Origin: Heptranchias perlo
Lineage: Eukaryota
Direction of reading: 5' to 3'
NCBI RefSeq assembly: GCF_035084215.1
Contig: NC_090340.1
Span: 3,472,001-3,536,000, forward strand
Length of the DNA: 64,000 bases
Shown: positions 1-13,400 of the stretch, one piece after another
Layout of the letters: every line of letters starts with the position of its first letter
Numbering within the stretch: position 1 is the stretch's first letter
The notes under the pieces: generated by a model
Database searches by the model: none
What the model was told of the DNA's origin: nothing
The model's input: the letters and a program-made list of their open reading frames with translations, nothing else
Position numbers and translations under genes: made by a program

Positions 1-552
1 GCCTTGCTAGCGACATTTCATGAACGAATAGAAAAAAGAAACTATCTCGGATATCCCGCCCTAAATCTGGCGGAAGATCGGTGGAAAAGCTACAAAAACG
101 CCATGGGGGTGAAGTTCAACTGTGTGGTGGTGATGGAGGGGATGGGGTCAAAATTGGTGATAGCGGATTGTCCGTCCATTATGCACACCGCCTGCCTTTC
201 TTTTATGTTGAATGCAATGATATGAGTGCCAGATATGATCCTCTCAGTTTCCCACAGGGAGTGTTATGTTTAAACCAATCCAGAACTTTTCTCTCGGCAT
301 TTTGCGAATCATCCGCCGAAGTTGCGACGAACAGTCGAGAAAACTCGCGAAGAAAATGTAAGTCAAGTGTGTCCGGAGGTTTGCTCACCAATTCCTGACG
401 CCTGTCCTCCCAATTCCAGAGTATGCCCTTTGCGGGATAGAAGCTGTATCACAAACCTTCAAAATGGAATCGGTCCTCCAGCGATCAGAGTCCCGTATCT
501 TTGTGAAAGTGAACAGACACAGGGCACACAATACCAGTAAGGCCTCATTGCT

Positions 553-2153
553 ATGGTAGGAAATTTAATCCTTTGGCAACAGTGTAAAATGGGCGATATC
601 CAATTGGCCGCTCATTATAAGCCCTGGTCTAACATAAGAACATAAGAAATTGGAGCAGGAGTAGGCCAATCGGCCCCTCGAGCCTGCTCCGCCATTCAAT
701 AAGATCATGGCTGATCTGATCCCAACCACAAATCTAAAGAACACAAGAAGTCGGAGCAGGACCCGGCCACATAGCCCCTGGGCCCTCTCCGCCACCCACA
801 GGGCATTGACCGATCCGAACTCAGCTTCATGTCCAATTTCCTGCCCGCTCCACATAACCCCTAATTCCCTTTACTTCGAGGAAACTGTCTATTTCTGTTT
901 TAAATTTATCTAATGATGTAGCTTCCACAGCTTCCTGGGGCAGCAAATTCCACAGACCTACCACCCTCTGAGTGAAGAAGTTTCTCCTCATCTCAGTTTT
1001 GAAAGAGCAGCCCCTTATTCTAAGATTATGCCCCCTAGTTCTAGTTTCACCCATCTTTGGGAACATCCTTACTGCATCCACCCGATCAAGACCCTTCACA
1101 ATCTTATATGTTTCAATAAGATCGCCTCTCATTCTTCTGAACTCCAATGAGTAGAGTCCCAATCTACTCAACCTCTCCTAATATGTCCGCCCCCTCATCC
1201 CCGGGATTAACCGAGTGAACCTTCTTTGTACTGCCTCGAGAGCAAGTATGTCTTTTCTTAAGTATGGAGACCAAAACTGTATGCAGTATTCCAGGTGCGG
1301 TCTCACCAATACCTTATATAACTGCAGCAATACCTCCCTGTTTTTTATATTCTATCCCCCTAGCAATAAAAGCCAACATTCCATTGGCTTTCTTGATCAC
1401 CTGCTGCACCTGCATACCAACTTTTTGATTTTCTTGCACTAGGACCCCCAGATCCCTTTGTACTGCAGTACTTTCCAGTCTCTCGCCATTAAGAAAATAA
1501 CTTGCTCTCTGATTTTTCCTGCCAAAGTGCATAACCTCACATTTTCCAATATTATATTGCATCTGCCAAATCTCCGCCCACTCACCCAGCCTGTCTATAT
1601 CCCCTTGCAGGTTTTTTATGTCCTCCTCACTCTCTACTTTCCCTCCCATCTTTGTATCATCTGCAAATTTTGATATGTTGCACTCGGTCCCCTCCTCCAA
1701 ATCGTTAATATAGATTGTAAAGAGTTGGGGTCCCAGCACCGACCCCTGTGGAACACCACTGGTTACTGGTTGCCAGTCCGAAAATGAACCATTTATCCCA
1801 ACTCTCTGCTTCCTGTTCGATAACCAATCCTCCACCCATGCCAGAATCTGGCGGAAGATCGGTGGAAAAGCTACAAAAACGCCATGGGGGTGAAGTTCAA
1901 CTGTTCTCCCTCCACTGACTTCGATGGAAAGGGAAATCCGACACAATAATGGACGGCTGATTATATCGCCCGGTTTGCATCATAGCCCGAAGTTAAACTT
2001 ACCCAATGAGCGATAGTATAAAATGGGCGATAGCGAATGGACAGCCCATGAGAAATCTCTCTCGATTTTTATTTCCCTTGACTGCAATTGACTAAAACGG
2101 GCTGCCGATTCGCTATCACCTGATTTATACCATCACACAAAGTCAAATTACCC
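553..2153. mobile_element. Short MITE-like elements: one split by the CR1 (about 553-630 and 1905-2003) and an adjacent copy (about 2005-2153)
   Basis: Imperfect inverted termini (GGGGTAAATTTT.AACTT / AAGT.AAA.TTACCC type) and internal aaaatgggcgata / tatcgccc inverted motifs shared with the copies at 18039, 23700, 43724 and 47969. Confidence 0.6.
631..1844 (-). mobile_element. CR1 LINE, 5'-truncated (RT C-terminal half + 3' UTR)
   Basis: ORFs 1314..1946 and 827..1171 give CR1 RT motifs [31 protein letters not shown] and TRGHNLRI; the 3' tail is read on + as aacataagaacataagaa at 631. Confidence 0.95.
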
Positions 2154-3799
2154 GCTGTGGATTGAAATTTATAGGGCATTTGAATTTCAGAGAAATCCAG
2201 CAGTGAAAAAACACATCGTCCTCCTCAGTGTTCTCTCTTCTTCCTCTGAAACGAACTCTGCCACTAAGCAGACCCAATTCCGGTGCGGGGTCGCAGCCGT
2301 TGAAATGACGCACTTGAAGTCGGAAAGAATTAACCTTCTCGCGATGTATGAATATAAAGCAGATGTTAAAATTATATTAAAAGTGGTGTATAATAGTTAC
2401 CGTTGCTAACCACATAACTTCTTTCCACTAGGTTGAAATAAATTAAGCGCTTGAAGTACTGAAGACCGGAAAGGTGCTCACAGCCGCTTTCTCAAGTACA
2501 CGTAAACAGCGATATTGGAATAAATGCGGGGCAGCAGTTTTCAGTACAACAGAAACCACATCACGGTTTTGGTAAAAGGTCAGATTAAGTCATACCTACC
2601 TGTAAACGCCAGCAGTGGAACACCGACTCGATAACCCCTTCACTGCTGTAGATAAATATATCTGCTGTATTTCTATTTCGTCCAGTCCATCGTGGTGACA
2701 TTTTAAAGGGATAACATTTCTTTGGCCGCTATCTGCAGCCCGCTGGTTACATTGTAGATGTGTGCGTCTTCTTAGATAAGTCGTTAACGCATTAACATCC
2801 ATCAGCTTATTTAGTAACGCACACGTTCATTCTCCCAGAGCTACAGCGAACCCTCTCATCCCGTGTACACCTACCTGAGAGTCAATCTCTTCGAAAAGAG
2901 TCAAACTATTCGGGAATGACATTTATTGATAATCTGAACGATGTTACTTCAAGAGGGCGGGGTAAATGCAAGTGCACGTGAAAACAACATTTTCACCAAC
3001 AGATCAATCATAAGAAAGGCAATAATTGGATATGTGACAGATGTTCAAATCACCCCGAAGAGGCGCGGCTTGGAGCAATGACTGAAACATCCGACTGAAT
3101 CTGCACCCATATGAGTGGGAATCATCAACTGAGAGAGGACGAAATGTTTATATCTGGATTGAGCTGGTGGAGGTGAGTTATGTGGGATGCAGCTTAGTCT
3201 TTCGAAAAGTTTCAACGATATGAAACGATGTTAAATAACACAATTCTTCAGTAAATTTGCAAAAAAATCCACGTGCAAGAATTTACTCCAGTAATGAAGA
3301 TTTTATTACAGTTTAAAACAGTTTTGTTTTGGAGCCATGTTGTACAACTGTGTTCCCTGTCGCCTAACCGTTAATGTCAAAATACATTAATATGTTGGTT
3401 TCTCTTTCTCTGGTGCACCATGGACACTTTTTCTGCCTACACGTCACCACTACTGCTTCATTCATCTCATTTGCTGCCCGACTCGTTCTGCTACATTTTT
3501 AGATGTGCCGTCTTTCGGGTAAGAAGTTGGACCCAGACCCTGTAGCCCTCTGCCGATCAAATTGCCGCGCAAGATCCCATGACAGGATCGTAAGAAAAAT
3601 AAGACATTTTCTTGTGAGCTGGGTAGCATGCCTCCCAAAACCAACCCCCAAAAAATAGAATAATAGATAATTTATCTCATTGATTCTTTAAAATTGGCTG
3701 CCTACATAATAACAGCCATTACACTTCAAGAAGAAATTCCTTGTTCGTAAAAGAGGTTTGGGATATGATGAAGACGTAATATGTCACTTTATATGTTAG

Positions 3800-4252
3800 C
3801 CTATGCTCAGTTGTCGCATTCCTGCCTCCACATCAGAAGGTTGAGAGTTCAAGGCCCGCCCCCTCCCAAAGAACTGAGCACGTAGCCGAGACTGACACGC
3901 CAGTGCAGTATTGAAGGATTGCTGCACTTTCAGACATGCGGTCTTTCCAAAGAGACATTAAGCTGCTTTCTTAGGTCGACGTTAAATATCCCATGATACT
4001 ACTGGTAGAAGGGCAGGGGAGCTCTCCCTAGTTTCTTGCTTAATTTTTATTCCTCAGCCAACATCAGTAAATAAACAGATTATCTAGTCGTTATCTCATT
4101 GCTGTTTGTGTGATCTTGCTGTGCGAAAATTGGCTGTGGGTTTAATACATTACAGCAGTGAAACTTCAAAAGTATTTCATTGGCGGTAAAATGATTTCAG
4201 AGGTCCTAAGGCCGTGAAAGGCGCTAAATAAATGCAAGTTCTTTCTTTCTCT
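3800..4252 (+). mobile_element. tRNA-derived Deu-domain SINE (SacSINE1/AmnSINE1-like)
   Basis: Box A/B-like head (gctcagttg...agttcaagg), core gctgacac..cagtgcagta.tga.gga.tgctgcact, and L2-type tail gtgaaaggcgctaaataaatgcaagtt; colinear with the copies at 7853, 22976 and 62590. Confidence 0.85.
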
Positions 4253-5297
4253 CTGCTATTTCTCTGTATATTTTTCAACCTTTGCGTGTTCCTCGTCATC
4301 TTCAACTAGTTATCTTAATTATATTCGCTTTCCTTGCTGGTTTTCCTTATAAATCCTGCACAATGTGAGTTAGTAATTCCCAGTTGTTCGCCTGTTTCTT
4401 AGAAGGATCCTTCCAACCCCTCCTGAAACTGTGCAATTACAACTTCAAAGCAAACTCATTTTCTGCAGAAACGAGCTACGACCATAATTAAGGCCCAACT
4501 TGGCATTCTCGCGCTGAAATGCATACAACGGCTGTTTCTTCCTTTGGGCGCTACCGATACCGAAGTGTGCCAGCAAGGACTGCTGACCATGAAATTCGTG
4601 AGCCCATAATGCCTGATCTTCTGCCTTTAAACGTACCCTAGGCAGAAATAAAAACACTGCGGAACTAGAATTTCCTGCCCAGTGATCCTTTCAAGCGCCT
4701 TTCCACGGCAGCACCTCGAGATCAGCCCCTGCCGTGACCATGTGATGCATCGCATACGCGTTTAATGGCACCATCTCTTCCGGACAGGGTTTCAAGCGTT
4801 GGTGGTGATTCATGAGATATGAACAAGTGTTTTTAGACTGCTGACTCAGTAGTTATGATGTGAATCAATAATATATCAGAAAATGACCAGGTGTCATTAC
4901 ATCAAACAATCGGAGCATTTCCGTTAGTGACAGTTTTGAATAATGGAGACCTTGTTATTTTGAGCATGAAGGGAAATTTATCCCAGAATTGTTGGAGAAA
5001 GAGACCAAGTCGGATTCTGCAGGGAGCACGGAAATAATATTTTGGTTCATTGGGGGCTTTGTTCCGGAGCAATAAAAAAATTAAAAATACAAGCTGAACT
5101 CTGATTTTTCATCTGAATTAATCATTTTTACCCTTTACGGTGCTGCTAATATGTATGACCACGTCTATTCTGGGCGTAGTCCCACTTACTTCATAGTGTT
5201 AGGTTTGATAAATTAAGACATTCTACATTCAGCAACGGAGATAACCATAGTTGTTCCCAGAATTCGCAAAATATCTGATGCTAAATCGCTAACTTGA

Positions 5298-6645
5298 TTT
5301 TTTTTATTCGTTCATGGGATGTGGGCGTCGCTGGGGAGGCCAGCATTTATTGCCCATCCGTAATTGCACTTGAGAAGGTGGTGGTGAGCCGCCTTCTTGA
5401 ACCGCTGCAGTCCGTGTGCTGAAGGTTCTCCCACAGTGCTGTTTGGAAGGGAGGTCCAGGATTTTGACCCAGCGACGATGAAGGAACGGCGATATATTTC
5501 CAAGTCGGGATGGTGTGTGACTTGGAGGGGAACGTGCAGGTGGTGTTCTTCCCATGTACCTGCTGCTGTTTTGCTGCTAGGTGGTAGGGGTGGCGATTTT
5601 GGGAGGTGCTGTCGAAGAAGCCTTGGCGAGTTGCTGCAGTGCATCCTGTGGATGGTACACACTGCAGCCACTGTGCGCCAGTGGCGAAGGGAGTGAATGT
5701 TTAGGGTGGTGGATGGGCTGCCAATCAAGCGGGCTGCTTTGTCCTGGATGGTGTCGAGCTTCTTAAGTGTTGTTTTAGCTGCACTCGTCCAGGCAAGTGG
5801 AGTGTATTCCATCACACTCCTGACTTGTGCCTTGTAGGTGGTGGAAAGGCTTTGGGGAGTCAGGAGGTGAGTCACTCGCCGCAGAACACCCAGCCTCTGA
5901 CCTGCTCTTGTAGCCACAGTATTTATATGGCTGGTCCAGTTAAGTTTCTGGTAAATGGTGACCTCCAGGTTGATGATGGTGCGGGATTCGGCGATGGTAA
6001 TGTCGTTGAATGTCATGGGGAGGTGGTTAGACTCTCTCTTGTTGGAGATGGTCATTGCCTGGCACTTGTCTGGTGCGAATTTTACTTGCCACTTATGATC
6101 CCAAGCCTGGATTTTGTGCAGGTCTTGCTGCATGCGGGCTCGGACTGCTTCATTATTTGAGGGTTTGCGAATTGAAGTGAACACTGTGCAATCATCAGCG
6201 AATATCCCCATTTCTGACCTTATGATGGAGGGAAGGTCATGGATGAAGCAGCTGAAGATGGTTGGGCCTAGGACACTGCCCTGAAGAACTCCTGCATCAA
6301 TGCCTTGGGGCTGAGATGATTGGCCTCCAACAACCACTACCGTCTTCCTTTGTGCCAGATATGACTCCAGCCATAGAGTTTTCCCCCTGATTCCCATTGA
6401 CTTCAATTTTACTAGTGCTCCTTGGTGCTACTCTCGGTCAAATGCTACCTTGATGGCAAGGGCAGTCACTCTTATCTCACCTCTGGAATTCAGCTCTTTT
6501 GTCCATGTTTGGACCAAGGCTGTGATGAGGTCTGGAGCTGAGTGGTCCTGGCGGAACCCAAACTGAGCGTCGGTGAGCAGGTTATTGGTGAGTGAGTGCC
6601 GCTTGATAGCACTGTCGACGACACCTTCCATCACTTTGCTGATGA
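5298..6645 (-). mobile_element. Non-LTR retrotransposon of the CR1/L2 group ('family B'), 3' 1.35 kb
   Basis: ORF 5312..6406 has QGSVLGPTIF, FADDC and YKAQVRSVMEY; poly(A) is seen as the T-run at 5298-5305; highly similar to 26340-27600. Confidence 0.92.
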
Positions 6646-7852
6646 TTTTCCTGTTTCTACACTTAATATATATTATAGAACCATGACGGCCTGAAACTTC
6701 CACATAGAAAACTCAGCTTTTTATATGTTCATAAATAATCGGTAAAAAATTCTAATTTTTCATTCCCTGTGAGTCATGAGAAGCTTGGGAATTTGATCAT
6801 TGAATCTTTCCTTTGAGGTTCTTCATCACCTTCAGATAATGTACAACGACCATTATTACCCAGTATAATGAGTTTCCCACTTCATCATACTTGACAATAA
6901 ATACGCTTTTTTTTCAATTGAAATTGTTGGGTGAAGGTCAAGGATACTTGATTGTTTGAAACGAGAAGTAGAGAAAACGAGATGAATCCAAAAGCACCGA
7001 TTAGGTGATGTCCCAGGACCCCAGCTTTATCGTGATTACATCCAGACAGATTTTCAATGAATCTGATAGTGTTGGTTCTGCAGCCCCTGCTGAACAAGTA
7101 TTTCAGTCGCTGACTTGAAAAGAAAACTTCCGGATACCTCTTTATAAAAATATTTGTTATAATCTGCTTACGGCCTTGTATTTGTGTAGTCATGTAAGCC
7201 TTTTTTGATTTTAGACTTAAGAGGAATGGAAATATCTCCTGAGCTCTATGTGCAACCAAATCTTTAACTTTATCCTTACCAGAGTTGAAACGTGAAGAGG
7301 TGGTAGGAAGGAATGTGATATATTTTTATTTCACCAGAACAAAATCTTACAAGTAGATTTATTACAGAAGAAAAATCAATAAAATACAAGAAGGCAAAAA
7401 AAAATCCCCATATTCGATGATATTAATACGCTTTCCTGAGCTCATTCTGTTAACACTCGAATAACAGTGATACATTGGAAAGATCATTTCAGTTAAATGG
7501 ATACGAAGAACATGAGAAAAGTCAAGAACCAGTAAAGACCAGTCGGCTCACTGAAGCTCATCGCCCAAGTACTCCAGCTCTCCCATTAGGGCATCCAGAC
7601 ACATTTACAACGCACTTAACAGTTTTGGTTCTGTTGCTCCTTTTGTAGAAATATTCCAGCTTCTGAGTAAAAAACAACTATTTCTTATTTGTTTAGTTTA
7701 TGTTTTGTCCTCTGGTATTCCTTCCGGGATTTAGTTTGAAACTCTGCATTCATCTTATCTGTACTATTTAATGTTTTATAGATCCCAGTAAGTTCCTAAA
7801 TTAACTGCTTTCTTCCGAGCCTGCAGTGCTTGACCTCCTCTACCAGCGCTTG

Positions 7853-8312
7853 CCTTGGCTCAGTAATAGCATTCCCCTCTCTGATTCAGAAAGATAATAT
7901 TTCAATACCCACTCAAAGACTCGAGCACATAATCTAGGCTGACACTTCAAGATAGTACTGAGGGATGCTGCACTGTCGGAGGATGCCTTCTTTCGGATGA
8001 GACGTTAAATCAAGTCCCCGTCTGTCCTCTCAGATGGAAGTAAGCGATCCCATGACACTATTTCAAGAAGAGCAGCGAAGTTCTCCTGGTGTCCTGGCCA
8101 ATATTTATCGACAAATCAACGTCACTAAAACAGTTATCTGATCACAGATGTTAATTGTTGTTTATGGGATCTTGTGTGCAAATTGGCTGCCCCGATTGCC
8201 CTACTTTACAACAGTGACGACACTTCAAAAGTACTTCAGTGACTATGAATCGTTTTGGGATGAGCACAGGTCGCAGAAAGCGCTACATGAATGCAGTTTT
8301 GTTCTTTGTTCC
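7853..8312 (+). mobile_element. Deu-domain SINE
   Basis: tggctcagt head, Deu core (gagggatgctgcactgtcggagg..tttcggatgagacgttaaa) and aaagcgctacatgaatgca tail. Confidence 0.85.
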
Positions 8313-9254
8313 TTCCTAGCTGATTCCCCGTTCACTGAGATTAATTTTGCTCCACTCCTTGCACCAATCCAATCCCTATGGCCAGACTTCAATGGGACAG
8401 AAAATCCAGCAGAGTGAAAATGAGCTGCCGATTCGCCATCGCCTGTATTGTGCTATCGTTTCTACCACAAACAAATTAAATCCGCATTCCCATCAATTTT
8501 CAAATAACTCAAGTCACTGACACCTTAACGATCACGGTGTTGTGATTTAGGAAGCAGCTACCAATCAGTAATCCGCACCAAATCCAATCCTTTCCAAACT
8601 GCAGAGAATTCAATCTGCACAAAGCAGCAAAAAGCAAATGCAGGTGCGAACACGAACCAGATGCGTGGCCATGAAGGTCTATGGCCGGTTAAAACAGAGC
8701 TTGGACATTACTGTCACTTGGATTTCTGCAATCTATTTCATCATCAGCTTGTAAAATAAGGCGAAGGGGACAGTCAAACAGGAGCGCCGTTTTTACATCC
8801 ACTCTGGCCGTTAATTATTAACTATTATAAATTCGTACTCTCCACCATTCCACTTAGAATAGTTGCCATTATCTTGCCTGTTATTAATTTCAGGTTAATG
8901 AGCCTGCAGTTAGATACACTCAAACAAATAAAACGGGTTCACCATTGGTCACGAATATTACTTGGCTTTCCGTTCCTCGTAAATAACGTCTGCTCTTTGG
9001 TTTTTCATCCGAAGCTGAGCGTACTCCGTGCTTTTATCCTTACGTGGAGGCTTTGCTGTTTTTTTGGAGCTTGTCATGTCTATTGAAGCGTAGGTCAGCT
9101 GGTTTTCGGGTGCCCTTTGCTTGGTCTGTAAAATCAATGTATGGGAATCTCATCAGTTCGATAATTTAACTGTATGAAGATTAGTATTAATCAAATCATT
9201 GGAATAACCAGAACTTCGAAGAATCAGGGCTAAATACAACAGATTACCAAATAT

Positions 9255-9437
9255 CTATTGAAGCGATTTCTTGCACCATCCCGCATGTCCGTTAATTACA
9301 GGTAATTTGTGTCTCTTTGTTCTGCTCCACGGCCCTACCTGGGCATACACTGTCCTCTCTTGATGCTTTGGTCTTGGATCTTTCCGGGACTTGGTCATAT
9401 CTAGTGCAGCATAAGGCGCCATCACATCCACTGTTGC
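9255..9437 (-). CDS. IgSF receptor, putative terminal cytoplasmic exon (ITIM-like APYAAL + ITSM TVYAQV)
   Basis: Pyrimidine-rich acceptor ccttttattctatgcag followed by ATVDVMAPYAALDMTKSRKDPRPKHQERTVYAQVGPW...SLQ*. The two tyrosine motifs are spaced as in SIRP/PD-1-type tails. A second AG 7 nt downstream (exon start 9430) matches the phase-1 donor of the TM exon. Confidence 0.75.
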   Translation of the reverse strand, partial: ATVDVMAPYAALDMTKSRKDPRPKHQERTVYAQVGPWSRTKRHKLPVINGHAGWCKKSLQ

Positions 9438-10454
9438 CTGCATAGAATAAAAGGCAAAATTATATCTTGTTATGTTGTTGGGGCAGATATCGCGGTTGGA
9501 CGCTCCCTGCGAAGAACGATGCAAGCAGGCCCGGAAATCATGTGTCCAGAGTCCATCCATTAAATTAATGGATGGAAATTCAGTTGCAGCATAAACTGCG
9601 AAGATCATAACATTGTCATGATTAACAACAACAAAATAGATTAATCCATGGTCCAAGGAAGACCATAGGATAAAAGACCTGTCTTTATAAAATAATAAAA
9701 CACATCCTACTGCAAATCAAGATACATAAAACTAAACTTAAAATAGACCTTCAGGAAATCTAAAATACATAAAACTAATAGTGACAGAAAGGTAAAACAT
9801 GGAGTCGGATCCAAAATTGGCAATAACAAGGAGGGTAAAATCATAATGGACAAACCAACAATACGTAATTTTGTCGTGACTGCACCAGCGTCATTCTTGA
9901 CGGGGTCCCTTGAATTGCGAGGTTGTTCGCTCCAATCTTCCCCGGTAGGAACTGTCCAGCGAATGATGGTCGATATGAAAACATTCCTCAAAGGTCTCAA
10001 CGAGGCGGTAATAGCGGGACTGCAGGAGTCTGCCCAGGGTACGTTCCAGCTGATTACGTTTCGCTCGGGTCGCTGATTCCACAAGCGGGGATGTTGTTTC
10101 ACCGATCGTTCACTTCCGGATTGGAGCAAGCTCTCTGTTTTCCTCGTCCCCTTCTATGTGTTCTCCTGACATCACCTATTCGTGTGTTCTTTGAACGGCC
10201 GTGAGATCGCACACGGTAAACGGCGGCAGTGAAACACACAAGAGTACCACGGTTGAGAGTTCTCTGGGCAGACCATTTAGCCAATGTTTGTATGTTGTTG
10301 CCCGGCGGGACCACGAGGAGGCACGGCTCACTGCGACCGAGAACCCACAAGAAGGCCGCAGCCGCGAAACTATGGCTCTCTTGGGAGACTAACGCCAAAA
10401 ATGAATCCTAAGAGAGTCATAGTTAATCCCATATTGATGGCACCTAGTTATTGT

Positions 10455-13400
10455 GTCCCCCTCAAGTGGAAACATCTTCTCCATGTCTACCCCATCAAAC
10501 CCTTTCATAATCTTAAAGGCCTCTATCAGGTCATCCCTCTCTTCTCTTTTCCAGGGAAAAGAGTCACAGCCTATTCAATCTTTCCTGATAAGTATAACCT
10601 CTCATTCCGGTATCATCCTAGTAAATCTTTTACACCTTCTCCCGTGCCTCTATATCGTTTTTATAATATGGAGAATAGAACTGTTCGCAATATTCCAAGT
10701 GTGGTCTGACCGTGATTCTGTACAAGTTTTGCCTAACTTCCCTGCTTTTCAATTATATCCCTCTGGAAATGAACCCCAGTGCTTGGTTTGCTTTTTTATG
10801 GTCTTATTAACCTGCATCGCTACTTTTAGTGATTTGTGTATCTGTACCCCTAAATCCCTCTGCTTCTCCACTCTGTTTTGACACTTATTTTCCAAGGAAT
10901 ATGTGGCCTCCTTATTATTCCGACCAAAATGTACCACCTCATATTTATCTATATTGAAATTCATTTTCGAATTACATGCCCATTCTGCAAGTTTACTAAC
11001 GTCTTCCTGCATTTTGTCGGAGTCCTCCTCTGTGTTAACTCTACCGCACAATTTGGCGTCGGCCACAAATTTTGAAATTGTACTTTCGATTCCCGAATCC
11101 AAATCGTTTATGTAAATGGTGAACAACACTGGTCCCAGCAACGATCCTTGTGGAACACCACTTCCCACCTTTTGCCAGTTTGAGTAACTACCTTTAACCC
11201 CCACTCTCTCCTTTCTGTTTTGGAACAAACTTGTTATCTATTCTGCTACTTATCCCCTGACGCAACATGCACTGACCTTAGTCATGAGTTTACTATGTGG
11301 TACCTTACCGAAGGCCTTTTGTAAATCCAAATCTATAACATCCACTACATTGCCCTTATCTACACTTTCTGTAACTCCTTCAAATAATTCAATAATGTTG
11401 GTCACGCATGACCTTCCCTTTTGGAATCCGTGCTGACTATTCTTTATTCTCATTTTCGGTTTCGAGATGTTTCTCTATTACATCTTTGAGTAGGATTCCA
11501 ATATCTTTCCGAATACTAACGTTAAGCTAATTGGTCTATAGTTCCCTGGACTTGTTTTATCTTCCTTTTTAAATGTAGGGATCAGATTAGCTGTCCGCCA
11601 GTTCTCTGGCACTATTACTTTTTGTAATGAATTTTTATATATATATATATATGTAGAAGTGCCTCCACGATCTCTTCCTTAATGCTTTTAGTATGCTTCT
11701 GGACCTGGGCATTTATCCTCTCTAAGATTGATTACTTTATCAATTGCCTCCCCCTTTCTATCTTAAAGGTCTTTACATCTTTTTCGATCTCTTCTTCTAA
11801 CGTCATGCCCACCATATTAGTCTCCCTGGTAAATACTGAAGCAAAGTAATTACTTAATAATTCTGCCATTTCACTGTCGTTGCCTGTTGGTTTATCTTGT
11901 TTATCTATTAGTGGCCCGATCGCTAACCTGATTTTTCTTTTATAGGAACATAGGAATATAGGAACAGGAGTAGGCCATTCAGCCGCTCGAGTCTGCTCCG
12001 CCATTTGATAAGATCATGGCTGATCTGTGATCGAACTCCATATATCTGCCTTTGGCACATATCCCTTAATACCTTTGGTTGCCAAAAAGCTATCCATCTC
12101 AGATTTAAATTTAGCAATTGAGCTAGCATCAATTGCCGTTTGCGGAAGAAAGTCCGAACTTCTACCACTCATTGTGTGTAGAAATGTTTTCTATTCTCGC
12201 TCCTGAAAGGTCTGGCTCTAATTTTTAGAACGTGCCCCCGACTCCGAGAATCCCCAACCAGCGGAAATAGTTTCTCTCTATACACCCTATCTGTCCCCCT
12301 TAATATCTTATAAACTTCGATCAGATCACCCCTTAACTTTCTAAAATCTGGAGAATACAACCCCAATTTGTGCAATCTCTCCTCGTAACTTAACCCTTGA
12401 AGTCCGAGTATCATTCCAATAAACTTATGCTGCACTCCCTCCAAGGCCAATATGTCCTTCCGAAGGTGTGTGCTAGAACTGCTCACAGTACTCCAGGTGC
12501 GGTCTAACCAGGTTTTTGTATAGCTGCAGCATAACTTCTGCCTCCTTGTACTCTAGTCCTCTAGATATAAAGGCAAGTATTCCATTAGCCTTATTGATTA
12601 TTTTCTGCACCTGTTCATGACACTTCAATGATCTATGTACCTGAACCCCTAAGTCCCTTTGGACATCCACAGTTTTTAACTTTTTACCATTTAGAAACTA
12701 CCCTGTTCTATCCTTTTTTGATCAAAAGTGGATGACCTCACATTTGCCTACATTGAATTCCATTTGCCACAGTTTTGCCCATTCACCTAATCTATCAATA
12801 TCCCTTTGTAATGTTGTGTTTTCATCTGCACTGCTTACAATGCCACCAATCTATGTGTCATCGGCAAACTTAGATATGAGACTTTCTATGCCTTCATCTA
12901 AGTCGTTAATAAACATTGTGAATAATTGAGGCCGTAAGACAGATCCCTGCGGGACTCCACAAGTCACATCCTGCCAATGTGAGAACCTAGCCGTTATCCC
13001 GACACTCTGTCGCCTTTCGCTCAGCCAACTTCCTAACCAAGTCGGTACTTTTCCCTCGATTCCATGGGCTTCTATCTTAGCTAACAGTCTCTTATTTGGG
13101 ACTTTATCAAAAGCGTTCTGGAAGTCCATATAAATATCATCCATTGACATTCCCCTGTCCACTACTTTATTCAACTCTTCATAAAATTTAATCAGTTTTG
13201 TCAGGCACGACCTACCTTTCACATTTATTATTTATGTGTCTGTAGAATAATTTGCTATTTTTTTGATATTCCTTGATAATTTAATTTTGTGCTTTCTTTT
13301 TGCCTTCCTAATTGCTTTTATGACTTATTTCCTAACCCTTTCCTATTCTCTTTTGTCATCCTCTCGTTTTTTGTCTGCGTCTTTAGTGTATGCATTTTTC

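Noticed and set aside
2596-2880. First exons of a neighbouring minus-strand gene (two CAG|GTAGG donors)
   Set aside because: No in-frame ATG or leader and no recognisable domain; cannot be supported without transcripts.
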